A stretch of DNA of 54,875 nt from a virus (Duplodnaviria; Caudoviricetes): positions 1 to 54,875 of the IMG/VR virus record IMGVR_UViG_3300009537_000013; one strand, given 5' to 3'. Below, one piece after another: positions 18,191 to 31,171 of this stretch. The position numbers were made by a program, and so were the translations under genes. Below the pieces are notes generated by a model. It had not been told where the DNA came from. It made no database searches and saw only the letters and a program-made list of their open reading frames with translations. The stretch's first letter is position 1, and each line of letters starts with the position of its first letter.

Positions 18191-18828
18191 TCGCGCGTCC
18201 AGTCGATCTCGCGGGCATCTCCGGCCACGAAGCAGACAGCCTGCCGGTTACGATCCCCGCGCCGCTGCCCGATCAGCGACGGAACATCGTCCGGATGATC
18301 CACAAGCGAAGGAACTGTGGCATAGATATCTGTGTTCGTCGCCCGCGCGTACTCGCCCACGATGTGATCGTCCGCCTTCTTCCGCTCAGGCAGATAGCCA
18401 CGGCTCGGGGCCCACTCCAGCATCCGCCACACGTGCTCGACGGGCCACACGAGCGCCACGACGGGAACCCACTCCTGACGATTCAGAAGCGCCCACGGGC
18501 GATCCTCGGCGCATGACGCCATCTGCGACCGCGCGCCCTTCCGCAGCTGCCTGGAAACGAACAGCGTGAAGAACCGATCCGGGTGAGCGCTGATCGCAGC
18601 AGTCACGGCCTCCAGGAAGTGATCGCAAACGATCGCGTCGTCCTGAATGACGATTCGATGCGTGGCGTCCTTCGGTGTCAGCCCGAGCGCGTGATGATAG
18701 GTGCGCCACGGGTTCCGCATCGCTCCGGGGTCTGGATCCTCCACGATCTCAGCGGGGATCCGGCCGGCCAGTCGCGCGAGCAGGCTGGCCCGAGCAGGGT
18801 GGTGCTGTATCGCGATCGAGATCTTCAC
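18187..18828 (-). CDS. Glycosyltransferase-like protein (GT-A fold)
   Basis: THRIVIQDDA, ADD and PSLVDH motifs. Confidence 0.7.
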   Translation of the reverse strand: MKISIAIQHHPARASLLARLAGRIPAEIVEDPDPGAMRNPWRTYHHALGLTPKDATHRIVIQDDAIVCDHFLEAVTAAISAHPDRFFTLFVSRQLRKGARSQMASCAEDRPWALLNRQEWVPVVALVWPVEHVWRMLEWAPSRGYLPERKKADDHIVGEYARATNTDIYATVPSLVDHPDDVPSLIGQRRGDRNRQAVCFVAGDAREIDWTRD

Positions 18829-19136
18829 TCATCTTCGAGCAATTCGATCTCGGCAAGCACCGTCGCATGGGCATCCTCGATGATGACCTGAGCATGCTTC
18901 GCAACCCTGGCCTGACCGCGTGCCTCGGCATCGTTCGCCGTGCCGAAATGGGTAGCCGCTAGCTTGCGGTTCACGTCGTGCTGGTAATACTCGGCTTCAA
19001 GCTGCACAAGACGCTGCTCCAGGATCTGCCTTCTCTGGCTGTCATCGAGACGACGATACGTCAAACCAGAAGGCTCGACCTCGGGTGCCTCGACCTCGAT
19101 GATCTCTTCTGGTTCTCCACGCAACCTTGGGGCCAT
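18825..19136 (-). CDS. Hypothetical helical protein
   Basis: GGGAG SD, coupled between the two GT genes. Confidence 0.65.
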   Translation of the reverse strand: MAPRLRGEPEEIIEVEAPEVEPSGLTYRRLDDSQRRQILEQRLVQLEAEYYQHDVNRKLAATHFGTANDAEARGQARVAKHAQVIIEDAHATVLAEIELLEDE

Positions 19137-19150
19137 GAACTCTCGCTCCC

Positions 19151-19978
19151 TTATTTCTCGTTGAACAGGACGTCATCATGCGCGACAGCTCGAATGATGT
19201 TAGCTGCTGTAGACAACGGCTCGTGTCGCCACGGCCTAGCCTTCCAGGCTGCTAGCAGGCCGTCTATGTTCTTGGCAAGAGCGGCGGCGCGATAGTCTGC
19301 GTACCATGCCTCTTCTTCCCAGCCGCCCATGCTGGCCCGTCGCGCATACATCTCTATGGCCTCGTCCGTGCGTCCAAGGCCCGCCAGAGCCTGGGCCGTG
19401 TAGAACACAGCCCTGGTGTCACCCGACTCCACACCCTCAGCGAGAAGCTCGATGTCGCGCTCATGCTTCGTCGCACGGTTCGCGCCGTCTGCGTGATGGT
19501 AAACCGACAGCCCGAGAAGAGGTCTCTGCTTCCTGCCCTTCCCATCGAGATACTCGTGCGTCAGCCCGACCCACTCCCAGTCCAGCCCGCCGCGAACCAT
19601 GATCGGCACCCGGTAGCTCACACTCGAATCCGAGACCTCTACCTGCCACGCATCCGTATCGGGATCTGGGTCTGTCGCGAGCCACTTCCGCAGATCGGGA
19701 TGGAAGCTCACTGTCATGTCTGAGTGGAGCCAGAGAAGCCAGTCAGCTGAGTCCTGTGCCTCCGCCATCAGTTCCGTGAGGTTCGCGCCGCAGTTGCGCC
19801 ACGGACGCTCAATCAGTTGGCCCGGCAGGCAGGAGAACTCGCTTTCCACGATCTCGCGTGTGCTGTCCTCGCTGCCGGTATCCATCACTGTCCACGAGTC
19901 GATCAGCGGGATCACGGATTCCGCGAGCCTCGGGATCGATTCATGCTCGTTCTTCACCATTGCGACCAGTCCGATCAT
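19151..19978 (-). CDS. GT2 glycosyltransferase with a C-terminal TPR region
   Basis: AMVKNE..IPRL.ES, MDTGSEDST, W.G.THEY and R.VFY.AQ...A...Y..R...GGWEEE motifs. Confidence 0.88.
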   Translation of the reverse strand: MIGLVAMVKNEHESIPRLAESVIPLIDSWTVMDTGSEDSTREIVESEFSCLPGQLIERPWRNCGANLTELMAEAQDSADWLLWLHSDMTVSFHPDLRKWLATDPDPDTDAWQVEVSDSSVSYRVPIMVRGGLDWEWVGLTHEYLDGKGRKQRPLLGLSVYHHADGANRATKHERDIELLAEGVESGDTRAVFYTAQALAGLGRTDEAIEMYARRASMGGWEEEAWYADYRAAALAKNIDGLLAAWKARPWRHEPLSTAANIIRAVAHDDVLFNEK

Positions 19979-20115
19979 GCCAGTCCATTCCTCGTTTTCA
20001 TGTTCGCCAGGGCTAGGGTGTTGAGGATCTTGATAGAGGCACGAGCTAGAGCGTTCACAGTCTTGATGCTTGAAGCGGTAGCCTGTTCCGCGTTTCCCCA
20101 ATAGATGTGCGACAT
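19975..20115 (-). CDS. 46-aa repeat peptide missed by the ORF track
   Basis: MSHIYWGNAEQATASSIKTVNALARASIKILNTLALANMKTRNGLA. Three 11-aa repeats, exact gap fill and an ATGA overlap. Confidence 0.65.
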   Translation of the reverse strand: MSHIYWGNAEQATASSIKTVNALARASIKILNTLALANMKTRNGLA

Positions 20116-20121
20116 GGCTTC

Positions 20122-20436
20122 CTACTGTGTAGTGGGAATGGAAATGACCTTATCGGCCCATTCCTTCGGGCTGGTTTGGTCTATGCACACGATAGTGACC
20201 ACGTCCGCGTTCATCTCCGTGGCGGACAAGGGAATGAGCACCAGCACGCTCGCAGCAGGAGAAACAGTCGGAAGGGTGCCCAGATTTACCAGACCACCCC
20301 CATCCTTGTCCACCTTGAAATCTCCGGACGCGATGGTCGGGCTGGACTTAAAATTGCCTGGATTCACATAGTCCTCAAGCGCAACGCGCACCTGGAAATC
20401 CTCGTTCTTCACTGGCGGGTTGTATGGTGCCGCCAT
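20122..20436 (-). CDS. Small virion / fibre-associated protein
   Basis: Beta-rich ORF within the fibre cassette. Confidence 0.65.
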   Translation of the reverse strand: MAAPYNPPVKNEDFQVRVALEDYVNPGNFKSSPTIASGDFKVDKDGGGLVNLGTLPTVSPAASVLVLIPLSATEMNADVVTIVCIDQTSPKEWADKVISIPTTQ

Positions 20437-21624
20437 CTATATCACCCCCGCTGAATACGACGTGTGTGGCTGCTGGATAGGAGCGACAAACTTTAACTCG
20501 TCCACCTGCTGATCGTTAAAGAAACACAGGCCCCAGCGACCGTCTGCTGTTCTTGGCGTAGTACAAAGCCACCTAATGCTATAGGTGAAATCCGTAGAAG
20601 TGAGTATGTTCTCTGACCCCCAGGTTGATCCTCCATCTGTAGAAACCTTGTAATAAACGTTCAGAGAAGTCGGGAATGTTTCTGATCCATCAGATTTTCC
20701 AGCATAGAAGACAAACCAGGCCTGTGTGTCCTCGTCAATCGAGATAGCTGCTAGCCCCTGGTCGTCCACCGAGTTCAGAACAACGTTTGTGACTTCAGTT
20801 ATCGCCGCTTCTGTGATGTGCCAGCAGCGAAGGTCTGCGTTGGCTGTATCTACGGCACTCCAGGCAACTAGAAGGTTACGAGAGTTTGTAATGTCTACGG
20901 CTGCTGCGTAATGAGGAAAAGCTGTTGTCGATGCCTGGTCTACCATGGATCCCGCGATGCTAGTCTCCGCCCAGGAGTCGAGCGAGTCATCGTAGACCTT
21001 GCGGCTGATCTCGTCCGCGCTCGCGTCCCAGAAGAAGCACATCATGTCTTGGTTATCTGCGGCCCAGCCTGGAACAAGAATCACCTGATCCTGTGTGGCT
21101 CCTTCATACACAGTTGCCCTGGCCGCATCCCATGCTCCATTAGGAACGTTCGCGTTCGGGAGCCTGAAGAACCCCCCCTCCGCACCTGCATCAATCATGG
21201 TGGCGCAATAAACGTTACCCCCCCTGGCCCGACAAATAGACAGCGAGCCTCCAGTTGCGGTGGTTGCCCCAGCGAAGATTGTCGTCTGCGTAGAGAGTGC
21301 ATCTGATGATTCGGTGTTTATTGTCCGGTAGAAAGTGTCGTCTAGACCCGAATCTGTATAGGCAATATGAATCAACCCGGCCGCAATGCCTGACCAGCGG
21401 TCATACCAAACCGAAAGATTAGTAATCGAGAGCGCAGCAATTGTAATTGGATTGCTCCACGAGACACCATTATCTAAACTCTTCCTGAACGCAACATCAG
21501 TTAGTGTGTCGATATAGACGGCATACAGCACTCCGCCAGGTGTTCTGATGGTGTAGTTAGTCCCAGCCCCACTGTATTGAACGGCAAGGGTTGGGGACGC
21601 TAGGACATCTGCTCTACGAGGCAT
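20437..21624 (-). CDS. Asp-box (BNR) beta-propeller protein
   Basis: SLDNGVSW and STDGGSTW Asp-box motifs. Confidence 0.7.
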   Translation of the reverse strand: MPRRADVLASPTLAVQYSGAGTNYTIRTPGGVLYAVYIDTLTDVAFRKSLDNGVSWSNPITIAALSITNLSVWYDRWSGIAAGLIHIAYTDSGLDDTFYRTINTESSDALSTQTTIFAGATTATGGSLSICRARGGNVYCATMIDAGAEGGFFRLPNANVPNGAWDAARATVYEGATQDQVILVPGWAADNQDMMCFFWDASADEISRKVYDDSLDSWAETSIAGSMVDQASTTAFPHYAAAVDITNSRNLLVAWSAVDTANADLRCWHITEAAITEVTNVVLNSVDDQGLAAISIDEDTQAWFVFYAGKSDGSETFPTSLNVYYKVSTDGGSTWGSENILTSTDFTYSIRWLCTTPRTADGRWGLCFFNDQQVDELKFVAPIQQPHTSYSAGVI

Positions 21625-21626
21625 AT

Positions 21627-24860
<3,234 letters not shown>

Positions 24861-26987
24861 CTAGCCCCCCGGGAGATAACCCTGCTTGCGAAGCCGCTCC
24901 AGCAGATTCAGAGATTGCGACGTATCCGGTTCCTTCACGAGATCCGGAGCAGCAGACATCACCTGATCCCACTCCTCCGAAGTGAACTTCTCTCCGGAGA
25001 TCGGCTGATCCTGCCAGTGCCCATGATCTCTCATGTAATCCACCTGTAGCCCCACTTCGCGCTGAACCTTCGGACTCATGCTCAGCATCGGCCGCAGATC
25101 CTTGCCCACGAGATCCCCGAGGCTGATCGTGATATTCACGTCCTGCGGCTCCGGCTCGACAGCCACCGATTGTGCCGGGGCAGCCCGCATCGAGCGGAAC
25201 CGCTTCGCCTGCTCAGTGAGCGGCTCCTTTGCCAAGCTGAGAAGCTCTTCTGCGCCGATCGCGCGAGCGCCGAGAACGCGGAGCTTCTGATCGAACTCCT
25301 GCTCCGACAAGGGCCCCTCGATCGCTTCCTCCGAGAAGCCAGCGATCAGAGCGGTCACTTCTTCCTCCGCGCCGGCTGCCGCGATAGCTCGCTGAATCGG
25401 AAAGCCGGGAACGGGAACGCTGAGCACGCCGACAAGCTCCAGCTGCTTCGTCCCGTCCGATCTTCGGACTGCGCGCCAATCTCCGGAAACGCTGTTCGCT
25501 CGGAGATCGCGGATCTGCTCGGGAGTCGCGTCAGACTTCAGGGCTCCGGCCATGTAGGGCCCGAACTCGTCCTCTCCCACCTGGACGTAGGCCACGACTG
25601 TGCCCGTATCGTCATAGTGCGCTGTGGCTGCCTCGCGAGCCGCTGTGAGCGGAGCGTGGCCCGTCGCAGCCGTGATCTTCCCCACCCGGATCGGAGACTC
25701 GTTCTCTGCGTCGATCACGCCGGTATTGAAGAAGTCATATGTGATTCCGCGAGGGGCCAGCACGCAGCGTCCCTGGATCCCCGTGTGGCACTGATCCCAG
25801 AGCGCCACATGCCCGAACACGCGGCCATCCTCCGTGACAGTGATCGGCGTCGGCTCTTTCAGCTGCGGATCATCGAACCATTCAGCCGGAGGATGAAGCG
25901 GGGCCACGGGGCTCGCCGCCAGTACCGCATCTCCCGTTTCATCCTCCGACAGCTGAGGATGCTCTAGCTCCACTTCCAAGAACTCTGCGATCGACGCGCT
26001 CATAGCATCCTCCACGTTCAGGATCAGCGCCGCGAGATGTCTGCGCGCCTGCGCGCGATCATCGTGGCACTTCACCACTTCCCCAGTCGTGGTTTTCACC
26101 ACGCACTGCTTACCCTCTCTCTCGCGAATCGCGAATGGCACATTCGGAAGAATGCCATCCCCTGCGGCTGTCAGAGCCTCAAACGGATCCAGCCCCGCGC
26201 TGTTCGCCAGCGACGGCTGCGCCTCGTCGCCATAGATGATCGAGCAGCGACAGTTGATCGTAAGCGCGCTCCCACCAGACGGATCCCCCGGGAACATCAT
26301 CGACGTTCCTCCGACATTGAACGGCTGCATCGTCGGAACCGTCTGCTTATTCGCGGCCACGTGCTCGGGTCTCACGCGATGATCGCCGGCAGTGATCCAC
26401 GTCTTGAACTGCGGTCTCTCCTGCTCGGGAAGCACGCTCGCAGAAGCAAGAGAGGAGCCGTTCGAGATCGCGATAAGATCTGTGCGTGCCAGCATCCGCG
26501 CTTGCCACGGAGCGATCGAGCGCATCTCTTCGAGGATCAGCTTCGCTGTGTTCGGCACACTCAGCCCCTCCGCCTGAGACTGAAGGATCACACGACGGAT
26601 CGCGTCCCTAGAGCCCTCCACAAGCCGCTCCGCCTGGATTCCCGCCTGCGACTCCACTAACTCCTCCAGCATCGGCAGAAGCCTGCGCTGAAGCTGCCCG
26701 CCCTCGATCACTGCGCCGATCATGCGGGCCATCCTGCGTCTCGTCGCCCGCGTCGTGGACGAACTAGAAGCCGCCACGGCCTCCGCGTGAAGAACCTCAT
26801 CGATCGACGGCTGCGGATGATCGTCGCCGGCCGCAGCACGGATCGACGCCTTCTCGACATACGCGCTCGCGGCGCGCTTCCCCGCCCGCCCGATAACTCG
26901 TTCGTACTGTCGAATCAGACGCGGCTCCAGAGCTAGCGCCTGGATCTGACCCTCGCGGATCGCGGCCTGAAACTCAGCCCCGGCCAT
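24861..26987 (-). CDS. MuF-like head morphogenesis protein fused to capsid maturation protease
   Basis: MuF motifs KTWIT.GD.RVRPEH and PGDP..INCRC. Protease region GRVFGHVALW..CH, GHA and SGDWR. Confidence 0.88.
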   Translation of the reverse strand: MAGAEFQAAIREGQIQALALEPRLIRQYERVIGRAGKRAASAYVEKASIRAAAGDDHPQPSIDEVLHAEAVAASSSSTTRATRRRMARMIGAVIEGGQLQRRLLPMLEELVESQAGIQAERLVEGSRDAIRRVILQSQAEGLSVPNTAKLILEEMRSIAPWQARMLARTDLIAISNGSSLASASVLPEQERPQFKTWITAGDHRVRPEHVAANKQTVPTMQPFNVGGTSMMFPGDPSGGSALTINCRCSIIYGDEAQPSLANSAGLDPFEALTAAGDGILPNVPFAIREREGKQCVVKTTTGEVVKCHDDRAQARRHLAALILNVEDAMSASIAEFLEVELEHPQLSEDETGDAVLAASPVAPLHPPAEWFDDPQLKEPTPITVTEDGRVFGHVALWDQCHTGIQGRCVLAPRGITYDFFNTGVIDAENESPIRVGKITAATGHAPLTAAREAATAHYDDTGTVVAYVQVGEDEFGPYMAGALKSDATPEQIRDLRANSVSGDWRAVRRSDGTKQLELVGVLSVPVPGFPIQRAIAAAGAEEEVTALIAGFSEEAIEGPLSEQEFDQKLRVLGARAIGAEELLSLAKEPLTEQAKRFRSMRAAPAQSVAVEPEPQDVNITISLGDLVGKDLRPMLSMSPKVQREVGLQVDYMRDHGHWQDQPISGEKFTSEEWDQVMSAAPDLVKEPDTSQSLNLLERLRKQGYLPGG

Positions 26988-28812
26988 TCAGCTTCGCTGC
27001 CTGCACATCGAAGCCGGCGGGAAGCAGAGAAGGAGCTTCCTCGAACAGCGTTTTCAGAGCGTGACGCTCAATGATATCGCCAAGCCTGCCCGCAGCAGCA
27101 GGCGCATAACCCAGACCGCGAGCATAAGATCGGAAGCTATCCGCACCGCCTTCCACAGACACGACGGGGGCGCTCTGCTGCCCCACCATAGAAGCGACCA
27201 GCGCATTCGCCACCCCGTCTATCAGCGCGTCCTCCTTCTTCCCCTTCAGCTTCGAGCGGATCCTGGAGCCGGCCAGTTCGCGGCAGCGAATCGTCGCCAT
27301 CTGAGCCGCTCCGATCAGCTGACCCGACACAGCGAGTGGAGCATCCTCGTCCTCCAGGCGCTCTTCGCTCGGCGGAGTCTCCGCAACCTCAGCCGCGTTG
27401 TCCGCCTCGGGCTCAGATTCCTCCTCCTCCACTTCTCCGTCCTCGCCGAGAAGTTCTGGACTGCGCAACTTGATCGCCAGCCACTCTGCGTGCTCCTCAT
27501 CGTCTGGAGCGTCATCGTCCGTGAAGCCAGTGACTTCGCGGAGTTTCGCGTTCGAGAGGGCCCCGCGATCGTGAACGTCCTTCGCGTCCTTCGCTCTGTC
27601 AGGATGATTCACTACATCGGCAGCGTCATAGCCGATGTGGAGATCTTCCCAGTCTGCGATCCCTGCTTCCTTCGCTGCCGGCCGCAGATACGCAGTCGTG
27701 AAATCGTCCACCATCTGCTGCGCGATCGGCTGGAGATGCGCCGTCCACGTCTGATCGTCAATCTGCCAAGCAGTCCAGTGGTTCGCATCAGACAGCCCCA
27801 GCAGAATCTCGGGCGGAAGATCGAGCCCCGTCGCGATCCGCTTCACAAGCTCGTCGCGAAGCTCTCGCTCCGGATAAGACTCCTGCGGATCGTAGAGCTT
27901 CAGATGATCCAGAGCCTTCAGCGACTCCGCGTCTCCCTGCACCACGATCGGCACGACCGAAGCCGCTGTTCCTGGATCCTTAATCGCGTTCACCATCGTC
28001 GTAGTGAGCGCGTCCACGAACGGGTCTCGCTCGGGATCCTCGTCTCCCTGACCTTCCGGCGATCCGAAGCTGATCTCTGTCGGGATCTTCAGGATCCCAG
28101 CGCCGGACGCACGGGACTTCGCGCGAGCGCCGACAGCAAGCCTGAGCAGAACGAGATCCTCGAACATGCCGAGCACGCCGCGCATCGGCGAATCCGCCCA
28201 CATCGAATACTCCGGATGCCTGCGCCACATGCGCCACACACGCGTCTCGCCCGTCTCATCGATCGCCTCGAACGCAGCATTCGGGGCTCTCGACAGATCC
28301 TCCCGTGTCAGCCCTGGAGCGCGGAGCCGCCAGAAGCGGGCACCGCTGCCAGTCTCTTCGAGCTTCAGTTCGGACGAGGAAAGGAACTCCCAGATCTCAG
28401 CATCGTCCTGATTCGAGACTGTCAGGTAGCCCTCGCCGGCCAGGAACATCAGCCGTCCGTAGCTCGCCTGAAGCTGCGACCGGCCTCCGTTCGTATCCCT
28501 AACTCGATCCCAGATCTGAACCGCCTCATCGTTCGGATCCTCGATCTCCTCCAGCTGGCCCTGCTCGCCCCTTCGGCCGGCGTACAGCCTGAGCTTCGCA
28601 AGCGCGCGAGCGTAGAACTGTGCTGCGTACCAGCACTCGCCGACCGTGTTGTAGTAGCCGAACGAGATCTGCTGCCACTGCTGATCGATCCGGCGGAGCT
28701 TCCCGACTTCGCTTCGATCTGTGATCTCCCTCGCGGCAGCCGTGATCGCTGTTCGCGGAGGAGCGTAGACCATCGCCCTCTGTTTGGGCGCTCGGCGTGA
28801 TCCCCTCGCCAC
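26974..28812 (-). CDS. Portal protein
   Basis: 612 aa, upstream of MuF. R.W..HP...ADSP, KSR..GAGIL..P.E and GLDLPPEILLG..ANHW.AW motifs. Confidence 0.9.
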   Translation of the reverse strand: MARGSRRAPKQRAMVYAPPRTAITAAAREITDRSEVGKLRRIDQQWQQISFGYYNTVGECWYAAQFYARALAKLRLYAGRRGEQGQLEEIEDPNDEAVQIWDRVRDTNGGRSQLQASYGRLMFLAGEGYLTVSNQDDAEIWEFLSSSELKLEETGSGARFWRLRAPGLTREDLSRAPNAAFEAIDETGETRVWRMWRRHPEYSMWADSPMRGVLGMFEDLVLLRLAVGARAKSRASGAGILKIPTEISFGSPEGQGDEDPERDPFVDALTTTMVNAIKDPGTAASVVPIVVQGDAESLKALDHLKLYDPQESYPERELRDELVKRIATGLDLPPEILLGLSDANHWTAWQIDDQTWTAHLQPIAQQMVDDFTTAYLRPAAKEAGIADWEDLHIGYDAADVVNHPDRAKDAKDVHDRGALSNAKLREVTGFTDDDAPDDEEHAEWLAIKLRSPELLGEDGEVEEEESEPEADNAAEVAETPPSEERLEDEDAPLAVSGQLIGAAQMATIRCRELAGSRIRSKLKGKKEDALIDGVANALVASMVGQQSAPVVSVEGGADSFRSYARGLGYAPAAAGRLGDIIERHALKTLFEEAPSLLPAGFDVQAAKLNGRG

Positions 28813-29043
28813 CGTCAGCCGTCCTTCTTAGCTGGACGGTTCTTCGAGGATGGCGAATGGTAGTAGTCAGGGCTCAGTGTGTCTGTGCGAACTCTTGGGG
28901 GAGCCGGCGTCCGCGTGTTCGCTTTCATTGTGCTCATCTTCTCAGGGGGTTCATACTTCGATCCCTTACAGCCGCAGCCCATGTGTCTCCCTCTCGATTC
29001 GGCCGAATCAGATGTTCGGCATGGTACAGCGATCGGCTGACAG

Positions 29044-29094
29044 ATACCCCGATCGGGGGATGCGACTGTACCCGGGTACGCCGATACTAGGGGT
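29044..29094 (+). promoter_or_regulatory. Conserved element copy 3
   Basis: ATACCC-N6-GGGGAT, TGTACCCGGGTACG, CCGATACT-N6-ATG. Confidence 0.8.
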
Positions 29095-29277
29095 ATGGCT
29101 TATGAGATCTACAAGAAGAGTCAAAGCCGATGGGGCATCGTCTATCGCATCGATGCGCGAACTTCATTCGATCAGGGGCTTAGCTTCCGGACGAAGCGGG
29201 AGGCGAAGCTGACTAGGATGAAGCTGAATGAAGATCTGAAGATCGAACGCGAACTGAATGCGAGAGAGGAGGGCTAG
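29095..29277 (+). CDS. Small basic protein, leaderless, opposite to the late operon
   Basis: ATG lies 6 nt after GATACT and is followed by hairpins. Confidence 0.7.
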   Translation: MAYEIYKKSQSRWGIVYRIDARTSFDQGLSFRTKREAKLTRMKLNEDLKIERELNAREEG

Positions 29278-29303
29278 CGAGCGCTGACTGACATAAGGTG
29301 CGA

Positions 29304-29342
29304 GCCGGAAACGGCATCAGGGGCCTCGGAAACGGGGCCCCT
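29304..29342. terminator. Two GAAA-tetraloop hairpins between convergent genes
   Basis: GCCG-GAAA-CGGC and AGGGGCCTCG-GAAA-CGGGGCCCCT. Confidence 0.6.
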
Positions 29343-29346
29343 TCCG

Positions 29347-29661
29347 CTAGTCCCAGTTCGAGGCGATCAGCCCCACGACGGCAGAAAGCGCGAACGGCAG
29401 GCACGCCCACAGCGTAGGCACGGGCCAGATCAGCCATGCCAGAAACACTGCGACCGCCACCCAGAACCCGAGACACCACGCGCAGTGCAACCACTCATCG
29501 AACGCCCGACGATAGAGCGTCTCATCCTCCTCGAACCGATCGCGGCGCGTCAGCCTGTCGCGCAGACGATCGAACACAACATCTGCGCCGATGATTCGCC
29601 ACAGCCTGAAGCTCGCCAGCGACAGAATCACGAACTCGAACCAGAGAGGAAGATCTGTCAC
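29347..29661 (-). CDS. DUF1360-like membrane protein
   Basis: LASFRL.R...D..F..LR, L.C.WC.GFWV and hydrophobic segments. Confidence 0.75.
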   Translation of the reverse strand: MTDLPLWFEFVILSLASFRLWRIIGADVVFDRLRDRLTRRDRFEEDETLYRRAFDEWLHCAWCLGFWVAVAVFLAWLIWPVPTLWACLPFALSAVVGLIASNWD

Positions 29662-29844
29662 TTCCCCACCGAAATGCTCTTGCCTCTGGGATGCCCTCTG
29701 CGTGGAGCGTCGAGATCGTCAGGGTCGCTCGACAGAGATGTTCCGTAGTACGCGCGAGCACAGACGGCAGAGCAGAACTGATCGCCGACAGCTGGCCGCT
29801 TGCACATCAGGCACGTCTCCTCATCCTTCTTCTTCCGCTTCTTC

Positions 29845-30672
29845 TTAGACACCGGGGCACGGATCCATGATGAGCGACGTATCCTCACGCGGACGCGCAC
29901 TGAAGAACCACTCTCGATAGTGGCCCTTCACGATCTCGTCGCCGGCCAGTTGCTTCGACAGATCGCCGATGTCATCGAGCGACTCGCCTCGATAAGCGTT
30001 CGTCTGCCACTGCCGCCAGTGCTGCCCAGTCGTCTCTGGGAACTCCGTGTGCGCATAGGCGACAATGCCGTTCCTGATCTTCCTCACGTACTGATCCGGG
30101 GAGCGCCATGAGAAGTGACGGATCACGAGCCCGGGAACGGACAGCGCGGTTCCGCTCGTCCGCGCCGCATGGTTGCCCATCTCGATCCGGAGATCCGGGC
30201 GGATGCGACAGCAGACCTTCGCGCCGTCGCCGGCCTCACGCTTCCTCCAGCGGATGCGCTTGGCCGGGTTCGCCTCCGCGCTCGGATCCTCGCTCGTCGG
30301 AATGTGATGAAACATCTGGGCAGTCACGATCTGGGCATCAGGAGAGAGCCCATCGAGCCTGTCCCTGATCGGCCTCATGTCGGGCGAATACCAGAACTCG
30401 TCGGCGTCACACGGCAACGCCCACTGATAGCCGAGATCGCCGGCCATCAGCGCCAGCCGCGTCGTCTTAGCTGACTGCTCATAGCCGATCTCGGGATCAT
30501 CGATCACAGTCACCTGCTCGCGAGGAACATGGTTCGTCAGGATCCGACGAGTCCGGTCGCGGCTCATGTTGTCCGCGACGATCACGTGATCCACCTGCGT
30601 CAGCAGATAGCGGATCGTGTGCTCGATGATGTCCTCTTCATCTTTCACCAACATGACCGCTGCCACGCTCAT
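29845..30672 (-). CDS. GT2-family glycosyltransferase
   Basis: MLVKDEEDII, ADNMSRDRT, CDADEFW, GNH and HFSWRS motifs. Confidence 0.88.
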   Translation of the reverse strand: MSVAAVMLVKDEEDIIEHTIRYLLTQVDHVIVADNMSRDRTRRILTNHVPREQVTVIDDPEIGYEQSAKTTRLALMAGDLGYQWALPCDADEFWYSPDMRPIRDRLDGLSPDAQIVTAQMFHHIPTSEDPSAEANPAKRIRWRKREAGDGAKVCCRIRPDLRIEMGNHAARTSGTALSVPGLVIRHFSWRSPDQYVRKIRNGIVAYAHTEFPETTGQHWRQWQTNAYRGESLDDIGDLSKQLAGDEIVKGHYREWFFSARPREDTSLIMDPCPGV

Positions 30673-30869
30673 CCGTTCACTCCGAACTCTTCTTTCAGTG
30701 ACTTGATCTCTGCTCGCAGCTTCATAATCTCGATATCCGCAACCACCCCTAACTCGCACACAGGACAGCCGCCATTCTGCGGCACGAACACGAGCCCACA
30801 TTTTTCGCATTCATGGCAATTCCGTTGGCCTACCATCACGATCGGCGGGGGCCACCAAAAGACGCTCAT
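30669..30869 (-). CDS. Small Zn-ribbon protein
   Basis: CEKC..CPVC. ATGA overlaps at both ends. Confidence 0.6.
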   Translation of the reverse strand: MSVFWWPPPIVMVGQRNCHECEKCGLVFVPQNGGCPVCELGVVADIEIMKLRAEIKSLKEEFGVNG

Positions 30870-31171
30870 GCGGCATCCTTTGGCGGCTCGCGAAACGGAA
30901 ACTGTGCTGGCCTCGGAAGATCATCGGGGCCCGCGATCGTGACGCCAGTCAGGTTTTGCACAAGCATCCTTGAACCCTCATCGCTCAGCGGAAACGCGAG
31001 CATCAGCGGGCCCATCAGAAGAACCTTCTGCTTCGTCCCATCAGGAGCCGGATGCTCCTGCACCTGCAACTGGCAGCCGAACAGTGGCACCACGGGAAGA
31101 TTCATTCCCTGCGGCTGCGCTCCGCCGTTCCCGCCCATCGGCGGAACGCCAGGTGGCTTCTTCTTACCCAT
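30866..31171 (-). CDS. Hypothetical protein
   Basis: GGAGG SD, coupled within the operon. Confidence 0.6.
   Translation of the reverse strand: MGKKKPPGVPPMGGNGGAQPQGMNLPVVPLFGCQLQVQEHPAPDGTKQKVLLMGPLMLAFPLSDEGSRMLVQNLTGVTIAGPDDLPRPAQFPFREPPKDAA

Noticed and set aside
19979-20101. Extended TTG start for the GT2-TPR gene
   Set aside because: The GT2 motif begins at M19978, and the upstream bases are better explained by the 46-aa peptide gene.
27061-28800. 579-aa plus-strand ORF
   Set aside because: Antisense shadow of the portal gene. Arg/His/Leu-rich with no motifs, typical of high-GC DNA.
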